NCBI GenBank assembly: GCA_963847705.1
Contig: CAWKBC010000027.1
Span: forward strand, 576,001-640,000
DNA length: 64,000 nucleotides
DNA from: an uncultured Pseudomonadota bacterium
GTDB lineage: Bacteria > Myxococcota_A > Polyangia > Fen-1088
Direction: 5' to 3'
How positions within the stretch are numbered: position 1 is the first letter of the stretch; each line of letters starts with the position of its first letter. This document shows positions 44,124 through 53,838 of this stretch, in pieces. A program made the translations under genes and the position numbers. Under the pieces are notes generated by a model, which was not told the DNA's origin, did no database searches, and was given only the letters and a program-made list of their open reading frames with translations.

Positions 44124-45371
44124 GTGGGCCAGCAACCGGAGCGCGCCGATCCCGACTCGGTACGGCGCCCGATCACGCGGGCTCAGCTCACGTTGCAGGG
44201 GCTGCGCAGATTGCCGCGCGTGGTGTGGCTGCTGGGCCTGGCCAGCCTCCTCAACGACGTCTCCAGCGAGGCGATCTTTCCGCTGCTGCCGACGTTCCTG
44301 GCGACGCTCGGTGCGCCGATGAGCTTCCTCGGCCTCATCGAGGGGAGCGCCGACGCGCTGGCCAGCCTGATCAAGATGGCGTCCGGCAAGCTCTCCGACC
44401 GCGGGCCGCGCCGCACGCTGGTGGCCAGCGGCTACGCGATGCCGGCGATCGCCAGGGCCTTGATCGCCGCCGCGATGGCCCCCTGGCAGGTGCTGGGGGC
44501 GCGCCTCTTCGATCGCACCGGCAAGGGAATCCGCTCGGGCCCGCGCGACGCGCTCATCGCCGATTCGGTCGCCCCCTCGCAGCGCGGGCGCGCCTTCGGC
44601 CTCAACCGATCGATGGATCACTTTGGCGCGGCGCTGGGGCCGGTCATCGCCTGGGCGCTCCTCTCGATGGGGGCCAGCCTGCGGACCACGTTCGCGGTGG
44701 CGTCGGTGTTCGGCCTGCTGGCGCCGGCGGTGCTCTTCTTCCGGCTGCGCGAGACCGAGCAGCTCCCCGATCGCAGCGGCCCGCTCGACACGCGGCCCCG
44801 CGGCGGCATGCTGCGCCCCGGGTTCGCGGCCTACATGGTCGCCTGCGTGCTGTTCGCCTTCGGAAACTCCTCGGACGCCTTCCTGTTGGTGCGCGCCCGC
44901 GAGGTCGGCTGGTCGGCCACCATGCTGCCGCTCCTCTGGACCTTCCACCACCTGGTGAAGTCGATGGCCGCGCTGCCGGGCGGCGCGCTGTCGGATCGGC
45001 ATTCGCGCGCGGTGGTCGTCGCCGCCGGCTGGGCAGCCTACGCGCTCACCTACGTCGGGTTCGGGTTCGCCAGCGCGCGGTGGCAGATCGTGGTGCTGTT
45101 CCTGGCTTACGCGCTCTACCACGGCCTCGCCGAGGGGGCCGAGCGGGCGATCGTCGCCGATCTCGCCGAGCGCGGCGCGCGCGGGCGCGCCTTCGGTCTT
45201 TACCACGGCCTCACCGGCGTGGCGGCGCTGCCGGCCGGGCTCGCCACCGGCTGGATCTGGGACCGCTGCGGCGCCGCCTGGGCGCTGGGGATCAACGCCA
45301 GCTGCGCCGCGCTGGGCGCCATCTTCCTGTTCGCGCTCAGCTTCGCCGGGCCGCTGCGCCGCGCGCAGTAG
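44124..45371 (+). CDS. MFS transporter
   Basis: DVSSE, GKLSDR, DRTGKGIRSGPRDALIA, RGRAFG; about 12 TM helices. Confidence 0.9.
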   Translation: MGQQPERADPDSVRRPITRAQLTLQGLRRLPRVVWLLGLASLLNDVSSEAIFPLLPTFLATLGAPMSFLGLIEGSADALASLIKMASGKLSDRGPRRTLVASGYAMPAIARALIAAAMAPWQVLGARLFDRTGKGIRSGPRDALIADSVAPSQRGRAFGLNRSMDHFGAALGPVIAWALLSMGASLRTTFAVASVFGLLAPAVLFFRLRETEQLPDRSGPLDTRPRGGMLRPGFAAYMVACVLFAFGNSSDAFLLVRAREVGWSATMLPLLWTFHHLVKSMAALPGGALSDRHSRAVVVAAGWAAYALTYVGFGFASARWQIVVLFLAYALYHGLAEGAERAIVADLAERGARGRAFGLYHGLTGVAALPAGLATGWIWDRCGAAWALGINASCAALGAIFLFALSFAGPLRRAQ

Positions 45372-45405
45372 GCGACAGGCCACGGCGCCGCTCGCCGCCC
45401 GAGCC

Positions 45406-46755
45406 TCAGCTGCGCTTTTCGCGCCGGTAGATGGTCGAGGGATCGACGCCCAGGATCTCGGCTGCCTTCACCTTGTTGCCGCCCACCTGCTTGAGGATGC
45501 CGGCCAGATAGCGGTCCTGGAGCTCCTGGAGCGTCATCGGATTTTGAAGCAGCCGGGGAATCGGATCGGAGGCCGAGGCCGGCCCGAGGGCGCGTTTGAC
45601 GTCCTCCAGGCGCGCGAATGGCTGGGAGGCGGTGACGACCAGGCGCTCGATGAGGTTCTCGAGCTGCCGCACGTTCCCCGGCCAGTCGCAGCTGGCCAGG
45701 AAATCGAGCGCGTCGGGCTCGAAGCCGCCCAGGACCGACCGGGAGGACTTCTCCAGGCTCTGCCGCAGAAAGTGATCGACGAGGCGGGGGATGTCCTCGC
45801 CGCGCTCGCGCAGCGGCGGAACGCGGACCCGGAGCACGTCGAGCCGGAAGAAGAGATCCTCGCGGAACTGGCCGTTCTCCACCAGCGTCGCCAGATCCTT
45901 GTGGGTGGCGGCGATGCACCGGACGTTCACCGTGCGGGTCGCCTCGGCACCGACGGGACGAACCTCTCCGGACTGGAGCACGCGCAGGAGCTTCCCCTGA
46001 AGCGCCAGCGGAAGATCGCCGATCTCGTCCAGGAAGATCGTCCCCTCCTGCGCCTCGACGAACATCCCGCGGCGGCTGGTCGAGGCCCCCGTGAAGGCGC
46101 CCCGCGCGTGGCCAAAGAGCTCGCTCTCCAGCAGGTGCTCAGGCAGCGCGGCGCAGTTCACCGCCACGAAGGCGCGGTCGGCCCGCGGCCCGCTGGTGTG
46201 AATCGCCAGCGCGACCAGCTCCTTCCCCGTGCCGGTCTCGCCGGAGATCAGCACCGACGACGTCGCATCGGCGATCTGGGCGATGAGGGCGCGCAGCTGC
46301 CGCATCGGCAGGCTGTTCCCCAGGAGCTGGCGCGTCGGCGGGTTGGAGCGGAGGGTGCGCCGGAGGAGGGCGTTCTCCCGCGTGAGCGCCCGCTCCCGGC
46401 AGGCGCGCTCGACCAGCGTGCGGAGGGTCTCCAGCGCGAACGGCTTGGTCACGTAGTGGTAGGCCCCCCGTCGCATCGCCTCCACCGCGCTCTCGACGGC
46501 GCCGAAGGCGGTCATGATGATGACCGGCACGTTGGGATCGGCCTCCCGGAGGCCCGCCAGGAGATCGAGGCCGTCGCCCCCCTTCATGCGAAGGTCGGTC
46601 ACCACGACGTCGGTGGGCTCCTTGACGAACTGCTGGAGCGCGCTGGCGCCGTCGGCCGCGACGTCTGTCTCGAACCCGGCGCTGGCGAGATCGTTGGCAA
46701 TGGTCTGGGCCATGTCGAGGACGTCGTCGACCACCAGGGCGCGAAGCTTAGGCAT
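45406..46755 (-). CDS. Sigma-54-dependent response regulator (NtrC/AtoC family)
   Basis: Receiver domain, GETGTGKE, GAFTGA, WPGNVRQL, Fis HTH. Confidence 0.94.
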   Translation of the reverse strand: MPKLRALVVDDVLDMAQTIANDLASAGFETDVAADGASALQQFVKEPTDVVVTDLRMKGGDGLDLLAGLREADPNVPVIIMTAFGAVESAVEAMRRGAYHYVTKPFALETLRTLVERACRERALTRENALLRRTLRSNPPTRQLLGNSLPMRQLRALIAQIADATSSVLISGETGTGKELVALAIHTSGPRADRAFVAVNCAALPEHLLESELFGHARGAFTGASTSRRGMFVEAQEGTIFLDEIGDLPLALQGKLLRVLQSGEVRPVGAEATRTVNVRCIAATHKDLATLVENGQFREDLFFRLDVLRVRVPPLRERGEDIPRLVDHFLRQSLEKSSRSVLGGFEPDALDFLASCDWPGNVRQLENLIERLVVTASQPFARLEDVKRALGPASASDPIPRLLQNPMTLQELQDRYLAGILKQVGGNKVKAAEILGVDPSTIYRREKRS

Positions 46756-48463
46756 CCGTTGTTCCCTTCTGGTCCTCGCTCGGGGGGCTGGCCGGCCAGA
46801 GGACCGTCACCGTGGTTCCGTCCGCGGGCGAGCTGCGCAGATCGATCTGGCCGGCGTGGTTGCGGACGATCCCTGCGGTGATCGACAGGCCCAGCCCCGT
46901 CCCTTCGCCGCGCGCCTTGGTGGTGAAGAAGGGATCGAAGACCGCCTTGAGGTGCTCGGGTGCGATGCCACAACCATGATCCAGAACCTCGATGGCCACC
47001 ATGTCGTTCGGCGCTCTGCGGGCCGACAGGGCCACCTGGCTGCCCGGCGGGGAGGCGTCGCAGGCATTGATCAAGAGATTGACCAGGACCTGTTGAAGTT
47101 GCTCCGGATCGGCGGTCAGCATCGGAATGTCCTCGTCGAGCTGGACCTCCAGTCGCAGCCGCCGCGCCTCCAGCTTCACGAGGAGGAGCTCGCGCGTGTG
47201 CTCGACGACCAGCGCCAGCGCCACCGATCTGGTTTCGAACGGGGATCGGCGTGAGAAGTCGAGCAGCTGCCGGATCGTGGAGGAGATCTGATCGACCTGC
47301 TTGATGATGACCCGCAGATCCTCTGCGCTCTGACCGGTTCCGGCCAGCCGCGCGACCTGCTCGGCCCGACCGCGGACCACGGCCAGCGGCGTGCCGACCT
47401 CGTGCGCGATCTCGGTGGCCATGACCCCGACCGTGATGAGGCGATCGGCCCGGACCAGCTGGTTCTCCAGATCGCGCGCCTGGGCCTTGGCCTCGGCGAG
47501 CCGGAGCTGATTCGCCAGCCCGGCCGCGCGCCGTTGCTGGCGGAAGAGGACGGTGCCGACGCCGCCCACCACCACCGCCGCCGCAATGGCCGTGGTGACG
47601 ATCCGCGAGAGCACCGACTGCTCGCGCTTCATGATCGGTTCCGTCGAGGCGATCCAGGTGACGGTCCAGCTGCCCGTCGGTCCGACCACCTTCTCCGAGA
47701 GGCAGAGCGCCTCCGCCGGAAACAGCCCCAACCGCTGGGCCTGGGCCGCGTCGAGGCGGAGCGGTGAACCGGCCGTGACCGACTTCGGGACGTCCTCTGC
47801 GTCGGTGATGCGACACCCGGCGGAAGTTTCACACCCTGACCAAACAACGTCGGACGGGTCGGTGACGAAGAGGCGGCTTCCCTGGAGCTGGGGCCAGGCG
47901 ACGGAGCGGAGCAGCTGCGCCGCCTCGCTCGCCACGACGATGGCGCCGCCGCTGCCGACCGGAGTTGCGTACACCAGAAAGGAGCGGACCCCCAAGCGAA
48001 CCGGCTGGCCCAACGTTTCGGCGCGCGTTTCGGCAGCCTCAATCCCCAGGCGGCGAACCGCCGGCAGCAGGGCCTCCGGCGTGCTCGGCTTCTCGGTCGG
48101 GTCGACCGCCAGGACGTCGAGCGCTCCCTGGCTGTCGACGAGCGCGATGATGCGGTGTTGAGGCACCACCACGGCCAGGGCGCGAAACGCGCTCTCCCAG
48201 ACGCGCCGTTCGGTCCCGGCGTCCAGCTGATGATCGTTCCGCGAGCGCTCGACCAGGTCGGCCAGCATCTGCATGTCCTGATGAACGGAGTCGAGGCGGG
48301 ACAGCGCCTCGGCCGAGGCCTGAACCTGCTTGCGGGTCTCCGCGGTGAAGGCGGACAGGAGGCGCTCTTCCTCGACGGTGGCGTTCGACAGAGACAATCC
48401 GACGATGGCCGACAGGGCCAGAAGAACGATCGCGATGCTCGCAGACGCTCTCAACGCCGTCAT
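46748..48463 (-). CDS. Membrane sensor histidine kinase
   Basis: Two TM helices flanking a periplasmic domain; IAHEVGTPL, NLLINA, DHGCGI, FDPFFTTK, GTGLGL. Confidence 0.9.
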   Translation of the reverse strand: MTALRASASIAIVLLALSAIVGLSLSNATVEEERLLSAFTAETRKQVQASAEALSRLDSVHQDMQMLADLVERSRNDHQLDAGTERRVWESAFRALAVVVPQHRIIALVDSQGALDVLAVDPTEKPSTPEALLPAVRRLGIEAAETRAETLGQPVRLGVRSFLVYATPVGSGGAIVVASEAAQLLRSVAWPQLQGSRLFVTDPSDVVWSGCETSAGCRITDAEDVPKSVTAGSPLRLDAAQAQRLGLFPAEALCLSEKVVGPTGSWTVTWIASTEPIMKREQSVLSRIVTTAIAAAVVVGGVGTVLFRQQRRAAGLANQLRLAEAKAQARDLENQLVRADRLITVGVMATEIAHEVGTPLAVVRGRAEQVARLAGTGQSAEDLRVIIKQVDQISSTIRQLLDFSRRSPFETRSVALALVVEHTRELLLVKLEARRLRLEVQLDEDIPMLTADPEQLQQVLVNLLINACDASPPGSQVALSARRAPNDMVAIEVLDHGCGIAPEHLKAVFDPFFTTKARGEGTGLGLSITAGIVRNHAGQIDLRSSPADGTTVTVLWPASPPSEDQKGTTDA

Positions 48464-48665
48464 CCTAACCGGTTCGATCCGAGGCCGCTCACGGCAGAAT
48501 GCGAAAACGGCTTGGCGTATTGCCAAGCCGATCGGCTCAATTGAATCCGAGCGATGCCGACGCGGTTTCCGCCAGGTTTCTGGCCGACATCCACGAGGTG
48601 TCCGGCGTTGGTCGCCACACGGCAAGTGTCCGAAACGACATGTCCCACCCTGCGCGGCGCGGGGT

Positions 48666-48682
48666 TCGGCATCGGCATTGCT
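48666..48682 (+). promoter_or_regulatory. Sigma-54 (-24/-12) promoter of amt
   Basis: TCGGCATCGGCATTGCT with GG-N10-GC spacing; AAGGA RBS and ATG at 48736 downstream. Confidence 0.62.
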
Positions 48683-48735
48683 CAGGGAGGGGCTCGAGTT
48701 CCATCGCTCAACTTTTCGAGAAAGGACTGCACACA

Positions 48736-50498
48736 ATGGGGATGCTCAGGAATCGCCGCTCCCGGAAATCGAAGCCGGTCGTGGATGTCGTGGACGACGA
48801 AGTGAAGCTGACGTGGTCGCAAAAGTATTCGCGCCTCAAACAACGATTGGGGGATCCGGAGTGGCTTCGCTACGGGAGGCTGTTGCTCGCCGGGAAATTC
48901 ATCGGCCTCCTGGTGGTGGCGGCGATCGTCCTGGGCGGTCCTTGTCTCCTCGACATGCTGCGCGGAGGAGCGGTGGCCCACGCCCAGACGGCGGCGGCCG
49001 ATCCCTACGCCGCGGTCAAGCCGGCTGAACACATCAACCCGCTCAACACCGCCTGGGTTCTGCTCGGCGCGTTCCTCGTGTTCGGCATGCAGGCCGGGTT
49101 CACCATGCTCGAGGCGGGCTTCTGTCGCAACCGCGAGACGGTCAACGTGCTGGTCGAGTGCGTGTTCGACACCTGCGTCTGCGGGCTTCTGCACTGGGCC
49201 TGGGGCTTCGCGTTCATGTTCGGCGGCGGCAACGCCTTCATCGGCTGGCACGACCCCGACGACCCCACGAAGAGCTTCATCTTCATGAAGGACGTCGGCG
49301 TGCTGACGGTGTACGGCGCCACGGGCATTCCGGTCTTCGCGCACTACCTGTTCCAGTTCGCCTTCGCCGACTGCGCCTCGACGATCTGCTCGGGCGCCAT
49401 GGTCGGGCCGGACGCGCTTCATCGGCGACGTCATCTACTCGATCGGCGTCTCGGGGTTCATCTACCCGATCTTCGGCCACTGGTGCTGGGGGCCCGACGG
49501 CTTCCTCGCCACGATGGGCACACGGCCGGGCTTCCTCTCGAGGGCCTGGGGATGAACTTCCACGACTTCGCCGGTTCCACCGTCGTGCACTCGATCGGCG
49601 GCTGGGTCGCCATCGCCGGCGCGCATCGTGCTCGGGCCGCGCATCGGTCGCAAGTTCAAGCGCGACGGCGGCGGCCCGATGCTCGCCGCACGATCTCACC
49701 ATCGCGGTCATCGGCGGCCTGATCCTCTGGTTCGGCTGGTACGGCTTCAACCCCTGCTCGACGCTGTCGATCATGGACAACGGCGGCGTCGGCCGGGTGG
49801 CGATGAACACCACGCTGGCCGCCTGCACCGGCGGCCTGGCCGCGGTCCTCCTGGTCTTCTTCATGGTCAAGAAGTGGGACACGGCGGCCCTCGTGAACGG
49901 CTTCCTCGCGGGGCTCGTGGTCGCCATCACCTGCCCCTGCTACTGGGTGAGCGACGTCGGCGCCTGCGTCCTCGGCGCGGTGGCGGGCGTCCTGGTCATC
50001 GGCGGCGATGGAGCTGCTCGAGTACCTGCGCATCGACGACCCCGTGGGCGCTTGGCCGGTTCACGGCGTCTGCGGGATCTGGGGCACGGTGTCGCTGGGC
50101 CTCTTCGCCAGCGGTCAGTACTCCGCGGCGGGCTCGAGCCCCATCGGCGTGCCGACGGTGGTGGCCAAGTCGGCCGACGCGCTCACCGGGCTCTTCTACG
50201 GCGGCGGGTTGGAGGTGCTGGAGGCGCAGTGCATCGGCAGCGCGATCGTCTGCACGGCGACGTTCGTCAGCGCCATGGTCATGTTCAAGCGCTCAACGCC
50301 ATCGGCCTCCTTCGCGTCTCCGCCGAGGGCGAGATGCAGGGGCTCGACATCGACCAGCACGGGACCTCGGCCTATCCCGAGTACGTGATCTCGGCGCTGA
50401 CCGCGCCGCACGGAATGGGACCGGACACCGTCGGCAGCGGCAACCTGGCCCGGGCACCGGAGGCCACCTTGAGCCCGGCCGTGGCCGGGTCGAAGTAA
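48736..50498 (+). pseudogene. amt: Ammonium transporter, about six frameshifts as sequenced (probably errors)
   Basis: FGMQAGFTMLEAG, FQFAFA, DFAGSTVVH, LWFGWYGFN, DDPVGAWPVHG distributed over three frames. Confidence 0.88.
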
Positions 50499-50626
50499 CG
50501 GAAGTCTCGGCTCTGCCGGCCGTTGCCTGAGGGCGATGGCCGGCGGCCGAAAAGAATGGTTCCCCGGGCGCACGAACCCGGGGGAGCACGCGGCCCAGGA
50601 TGGTCCTCGGTCGTGTTGGGGTGGAC

Positions 50627-50663
50627 GGCGCCCCCGGGCACCCGGGGGCGCCGATCCTTTTTT
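50627..50663 (+). terminator. Rho-independent terminator-like hairpin
   Basis: GGCGCCCCCGGG-CA-CCCGGGGGCGCC followed shortly by TTTTTT, downstream of amt. Confidence 0.6.
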
Positions 50664-50687
50664 CAGCCGCTTCGCCGACGAAGAGAC

Positions 50688-51770
50688 CTAGCCGGTGCCG
50701 GACGGGCGCGCGATCTTCAGCTGATCGCGGCGGTTCTGCAGGATCTCGCGCAGGATGATCTGCAGCGTCGCCACCACGGGCACGGCGACGATGGCGCCGA
50801 CGACCCCGGCGATCTCGCCGAGCAGCAGGATCGACAGGGTGGTGACGAGCGGGTTGACGTGGACGGTCCGCCGAAAGACCAGCGGACCGAGCACGTTCCC
50901 CTCGATCTGGCCGTAGATGATGAAGTAGATGCCGGCCGCGATGCCGTGCCAGGTCCCCTTGGTGATGAGGGCGATGAGCGCGATCGTCGTCCCCACCACC
51001 GCGGGTCCGGCGTAGGGGACCATGCTCGACATCCCGGAGAGGATTCCGAGCGGCAGGAAGAAGGGGACGCCGTCGATTGCCAGGAAGGTGGTGGTGAGCG
51101 TGGCGTTGGCGGAGCAGATGAGCGCCAGGCCGCCCAGGTAGCCCCCGATCGACTGGTAGATCTTCCCCAGGACGTCCTCGTAGGCGGCGACGTGCTCGGC
51201 CCGCGCCTCGGCCAGCACGGCGCGCACCAGCCGCTCGCCGAAGATCAGCATGAACACGACCAGCACGGCCACGGTCACCGCGGCGCCCAGGGCGGAGAGC
51301 ACGCCACCGAGCGCGCTCAGGATCGGCGTCGCCGCCCCCTCCAGCAGCTCGGGGAGCTTCTGCTCGGCCAGCGTCACCCGCGCGTCCAGGTGGAGGCGCC
51401 CGTCCAGGCGGTGAAAGAGGCTGCTGCTCCGCGCCTGCCGGACGAACGAGGGGGCGTCGTGGACCAGCTGCCCCCCCTGTTCGACGGCCGGCGGGATGAG
51501 GGTGAAACCGAGCGCCACCACCAATCCCAGCATCGACAGCGAGATGATGGCGATGGCCAGCGAGCGATTGACGCCGCGGTGTTGCAGCATGACGACCGCG
51601 TGGTCGAGCGCCACGGCCAGCATCATCGCGGTGCCGATCAGCGTCAGCGAGACGATCGCGTGCGCGATCCCGTCCACGATCGTCGCCACCAGCAGCACGC
51701 CAAAGCAGACCGTCACGACGGTCTTGAGCGTCACCTGCGAGGGACGGAATTCTGGGCTCGGTTCGGTCAA
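50688..51770 (-). CDS. AI-2E family transporter
   Basis: GYLGG, VPYAGP, QIEGNVLGP, VHVNP, GVVGAIVAVP; probable TTG start after GAGG. Confidence 0.85.
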   Translation of the reverse strand: MTEPSPEFRPSQVTLKTVVTVCFGVLLVATIVDGIAHAIVSLTLIGTAMMLAVALDHAVVMLQHRGVNRSLAIAIISLSMLGLVVALGFTLIPPAVEQGGQLVHDAPSFVRQARSSSLFHRLDGRLHLDARVTLAEQKLPELLEGAATPILSALGGVLSALGAAVTVAVLVVFMLIFGERLVRAVLAEARAEHVAAYEDVLGKIYQSIGGYLGGLALICSANATLTTTFLAIDGVPFFLPLGILSGMSSMVPYAGPAVVGTTIALIALITKGTWHGIAAGIYFIIYGQIEGNVLGPLVFRRTVHVNPLVTTLSILLLGEIAGVVGAIVAVPVVATLQIILREILQNRRDQLKIARPSGTG

Positions 51771-51783
51771 TGGTCGCCTCTGT

Positions 51784-53838
51784 TCATCGTGCCCGCCGAT
51801 CCACCTGGGGCGTCGAGTCACCGACACCGTCGATTTCACCAAGGCCGTCCGTTTCACGGCGGCCGTCTTTTTCACCGAGGCCAGCCTGGGCGCGCGCCAG
51901 CTCGGAGAGCACGGCGGCGCGATCCTCGGCCCCCGCGACCAGCGGCTCGCGCGTTCCACTCCGCTGAGCCTCGGCCGATTCGGCCCAGAGGAGCGCCCGC
52001 TGCAGGTGAACGCGTGCCTGGTGGAAGCGTTTGAGCTCGACGTAGGCGCGGCCGACCAGGAAGTTCGTCAGCCCCAGCGCCGGATCGTCGCCCAGGCTCC
52101 GCTCGAGCAGAGCGACCGCCTTGTCGAGCCGGCCGTCTCGCCGGGCGATGGTGGCGAGCCGCGCGATCGGCAGGGCGAAGGCGCCGTTCTGCAGGGCCGC
52201 GTCCTCGTAATAGTGGGCGGCCTCGGCGCTGCGGCCGGCGGCCTCGGCCAGCGCGCCGAGCCGCTCCTGCGGCGCGCCGAATCCGGGCGCGATCGCCCGC
52301 GCCTGCTCGAAGGCGGCGCTGGCCCCGGCTTCGTCGCCGCGGGCCAGGAGTCGTACGCCGCGCAGGTACGGGGCCTGGCAGGAGAGGGGATAGCGCGCCT
52401 CGGCCCGGCCCAGCGCCGCCAGCGCGACCTCGTCGTCGGCCGCCGTCATCCCGATCATGAGCGGCGGAAGGTGGCTCTCGGGGGCCAGACGTTCGGCCTC
52501 CTCGAAGGCCTGGAGGGCTTCATCGATCTGGCCGGCATGCCCGGCCTGGCCGGCGGCGCGCTTCTGCCAGCCGTCAAAGAGCAGCCGATCGACCTTCCCG
52601 GCGCCGAGGGCCAGGTAACGGGAGTCGGGGAACATGCGCGCGGCCTCGGATGGCCTGGTCAGCTCGGGCGGCGGAAACGCGGCGCGCGCGGTGGGGCCGC
52701 CCAGGCGGAGCCCCATCTGCGCGGCGATCGAAAGGTAAAATCCCAGCCGGTGCGCCGCATGGGGCCGCTCCAGCCGTTCCGCGGCTGTGCGGGCGGCGCG
52801 GGCCGGGATGGCCGCGCGCAGCTCCGGCTCGGCGAGCGCTCGTTCGAGCACGGTCTCGAGCTCGACGGTGTCCCGAAACAGGAAGCCGGTCTGACCGGGG
52901 CGCACGACCTCTTGGAAGGGCTCGAGGTCGGCGCAGACGGCCAGCACGCCGTGCGCCGCATACTCGATGAAGCGCACGTCGTCGCGGCAGCGGTTGTAGG
53001 CGGTCGGAGCGAGCGGGGCGATCCCGATGTCGAGCTCGTCGAGAAACCGCTGCGCGCGCTCGAATGCTCCGGCGGGGATGAACGACACCCGGGCGGCGGC
53101 GGGTAGCCCCGCCAGGGCGGCCTCCAGCTCCGGATCGCCCATGATGGCGACGCGCACGTCGGGATGGCGCTCGAGCACGCCGGCCAGCGCCGGGAGCGCC
53201 GGCTCGAGGTCGGCCCGCTCGGCCCGCGTGCCCGCCCACCCGATGACCACCCGATCGGCAGGCCGAGGGGCAGGAGCGACCGGCGCGTCCCAGAGCTGAC
53301 TCGGGAAGATGGCCCGGCGTGGATTGAGCCCAGCGAACTGCGCGTCGAGCGTGGCGGTGGCCAGCTGCAGGCAGTCCGCCTGACGCGCCAGTTGCGGCGG
53401 CAGGCTGCGGGCGGCCAGATCCTCGCCGCCGTTCCCGGGGCCCTCCGAGGCCGGGCGCGCAAAGATGTGACTGCTGATCTCGTAGACGGTGAGCCGGCCG
53501 TTGCGACGGCGGGCCGCGATGACGGGCAGGAGGTCGGGATCGGCGACGTCACGGATCACCAGCACATCGGCGGCCAGCAGGAGGCCGGGCTCACGGGTGC
53601 CGGCCGCCTCGGGTGTGCCCGAGGGTGACGGCGCCTGGGCAAAAAGCGCGGGCGACAGGCTCGATCCGCTGATGACCGTCACGTCGGCCAGCTCGCCGAG
53701 CGCGCGACAAGGCTGGACGGTTCGGTAGACGGCGGCCCCGCAATCGAGCGGCTCGGGCGGCCCGATCTGGACGATGAGCAGCGGCGGGCGTCCGGACGGT
53801 CCGGACGGCTCTGCGGGGGAGGGGGGCGCGACGCTCAC
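51784..53838 (-). CDS. Glycosyltransferase (GT-B fold) with C-terminal TPR repeats
   Basis: IGWAGT, DIGIAPL..YNRC..EYAAHG, GQTGFL; several TPR-like helical repeats; GTGA overlap with the kinase stop. Confidence 0.78.
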   Translation of the reverse strand: MSVAPPSPAEPSGPSGRPPLLIVQIGPPEPLDCGAAVYRTVQPCRALGELADVTVISGSSLSPALFAQAPSPSGTPEAAGTREPGLLLAADVLVIRDVADPDLLPVIAARRRNGRLTVYEISSHIFARPASEGPGNGGEDLAARSLPPQLARQADCLQLATATLDAQFAGLNPRRAIFPSQLWDAPVAPAPRPADRVVIGWAGTRAERADLEPALPALAGVLERHPDVRVAIMGDPELEAALAGLPAAARVSFIPAGAFERAQRFLDELDIGIAPLAPTAYNRCRDDVRFIEYAAHGVLAVCADLEPFQEVVRPGQTGFLFRDTVELETVLERALAEPELRAAIPARAARTAAERLERPHAAHRLGFYLSIAAQMGLRLGGPTARAAFPPPELTRPSEAARMFPDSRYLALGAGKVDRLLFDGWQKRAAGQAGHAGQIDEALQAFEEAERLAPESHLPPLMIGMTAADDEVALAALGRAEARYPLSCQAPYLRGVRLLARGDEAGASAAFEQARAIAPGFGAPQERLGALAEAAGRSAEAAHYYEDAALQNGAFALPIARLATIARRDGRLDKAVALLERSLGDDPALGLTNFLVGRAYVELKRFHQARVHLQRALLWAESAEAQRSGTREPLVAGAEDRAAVLSELARAQAGLGEKDGRRETDGLGEIDGVGDSTPQVDRRAR

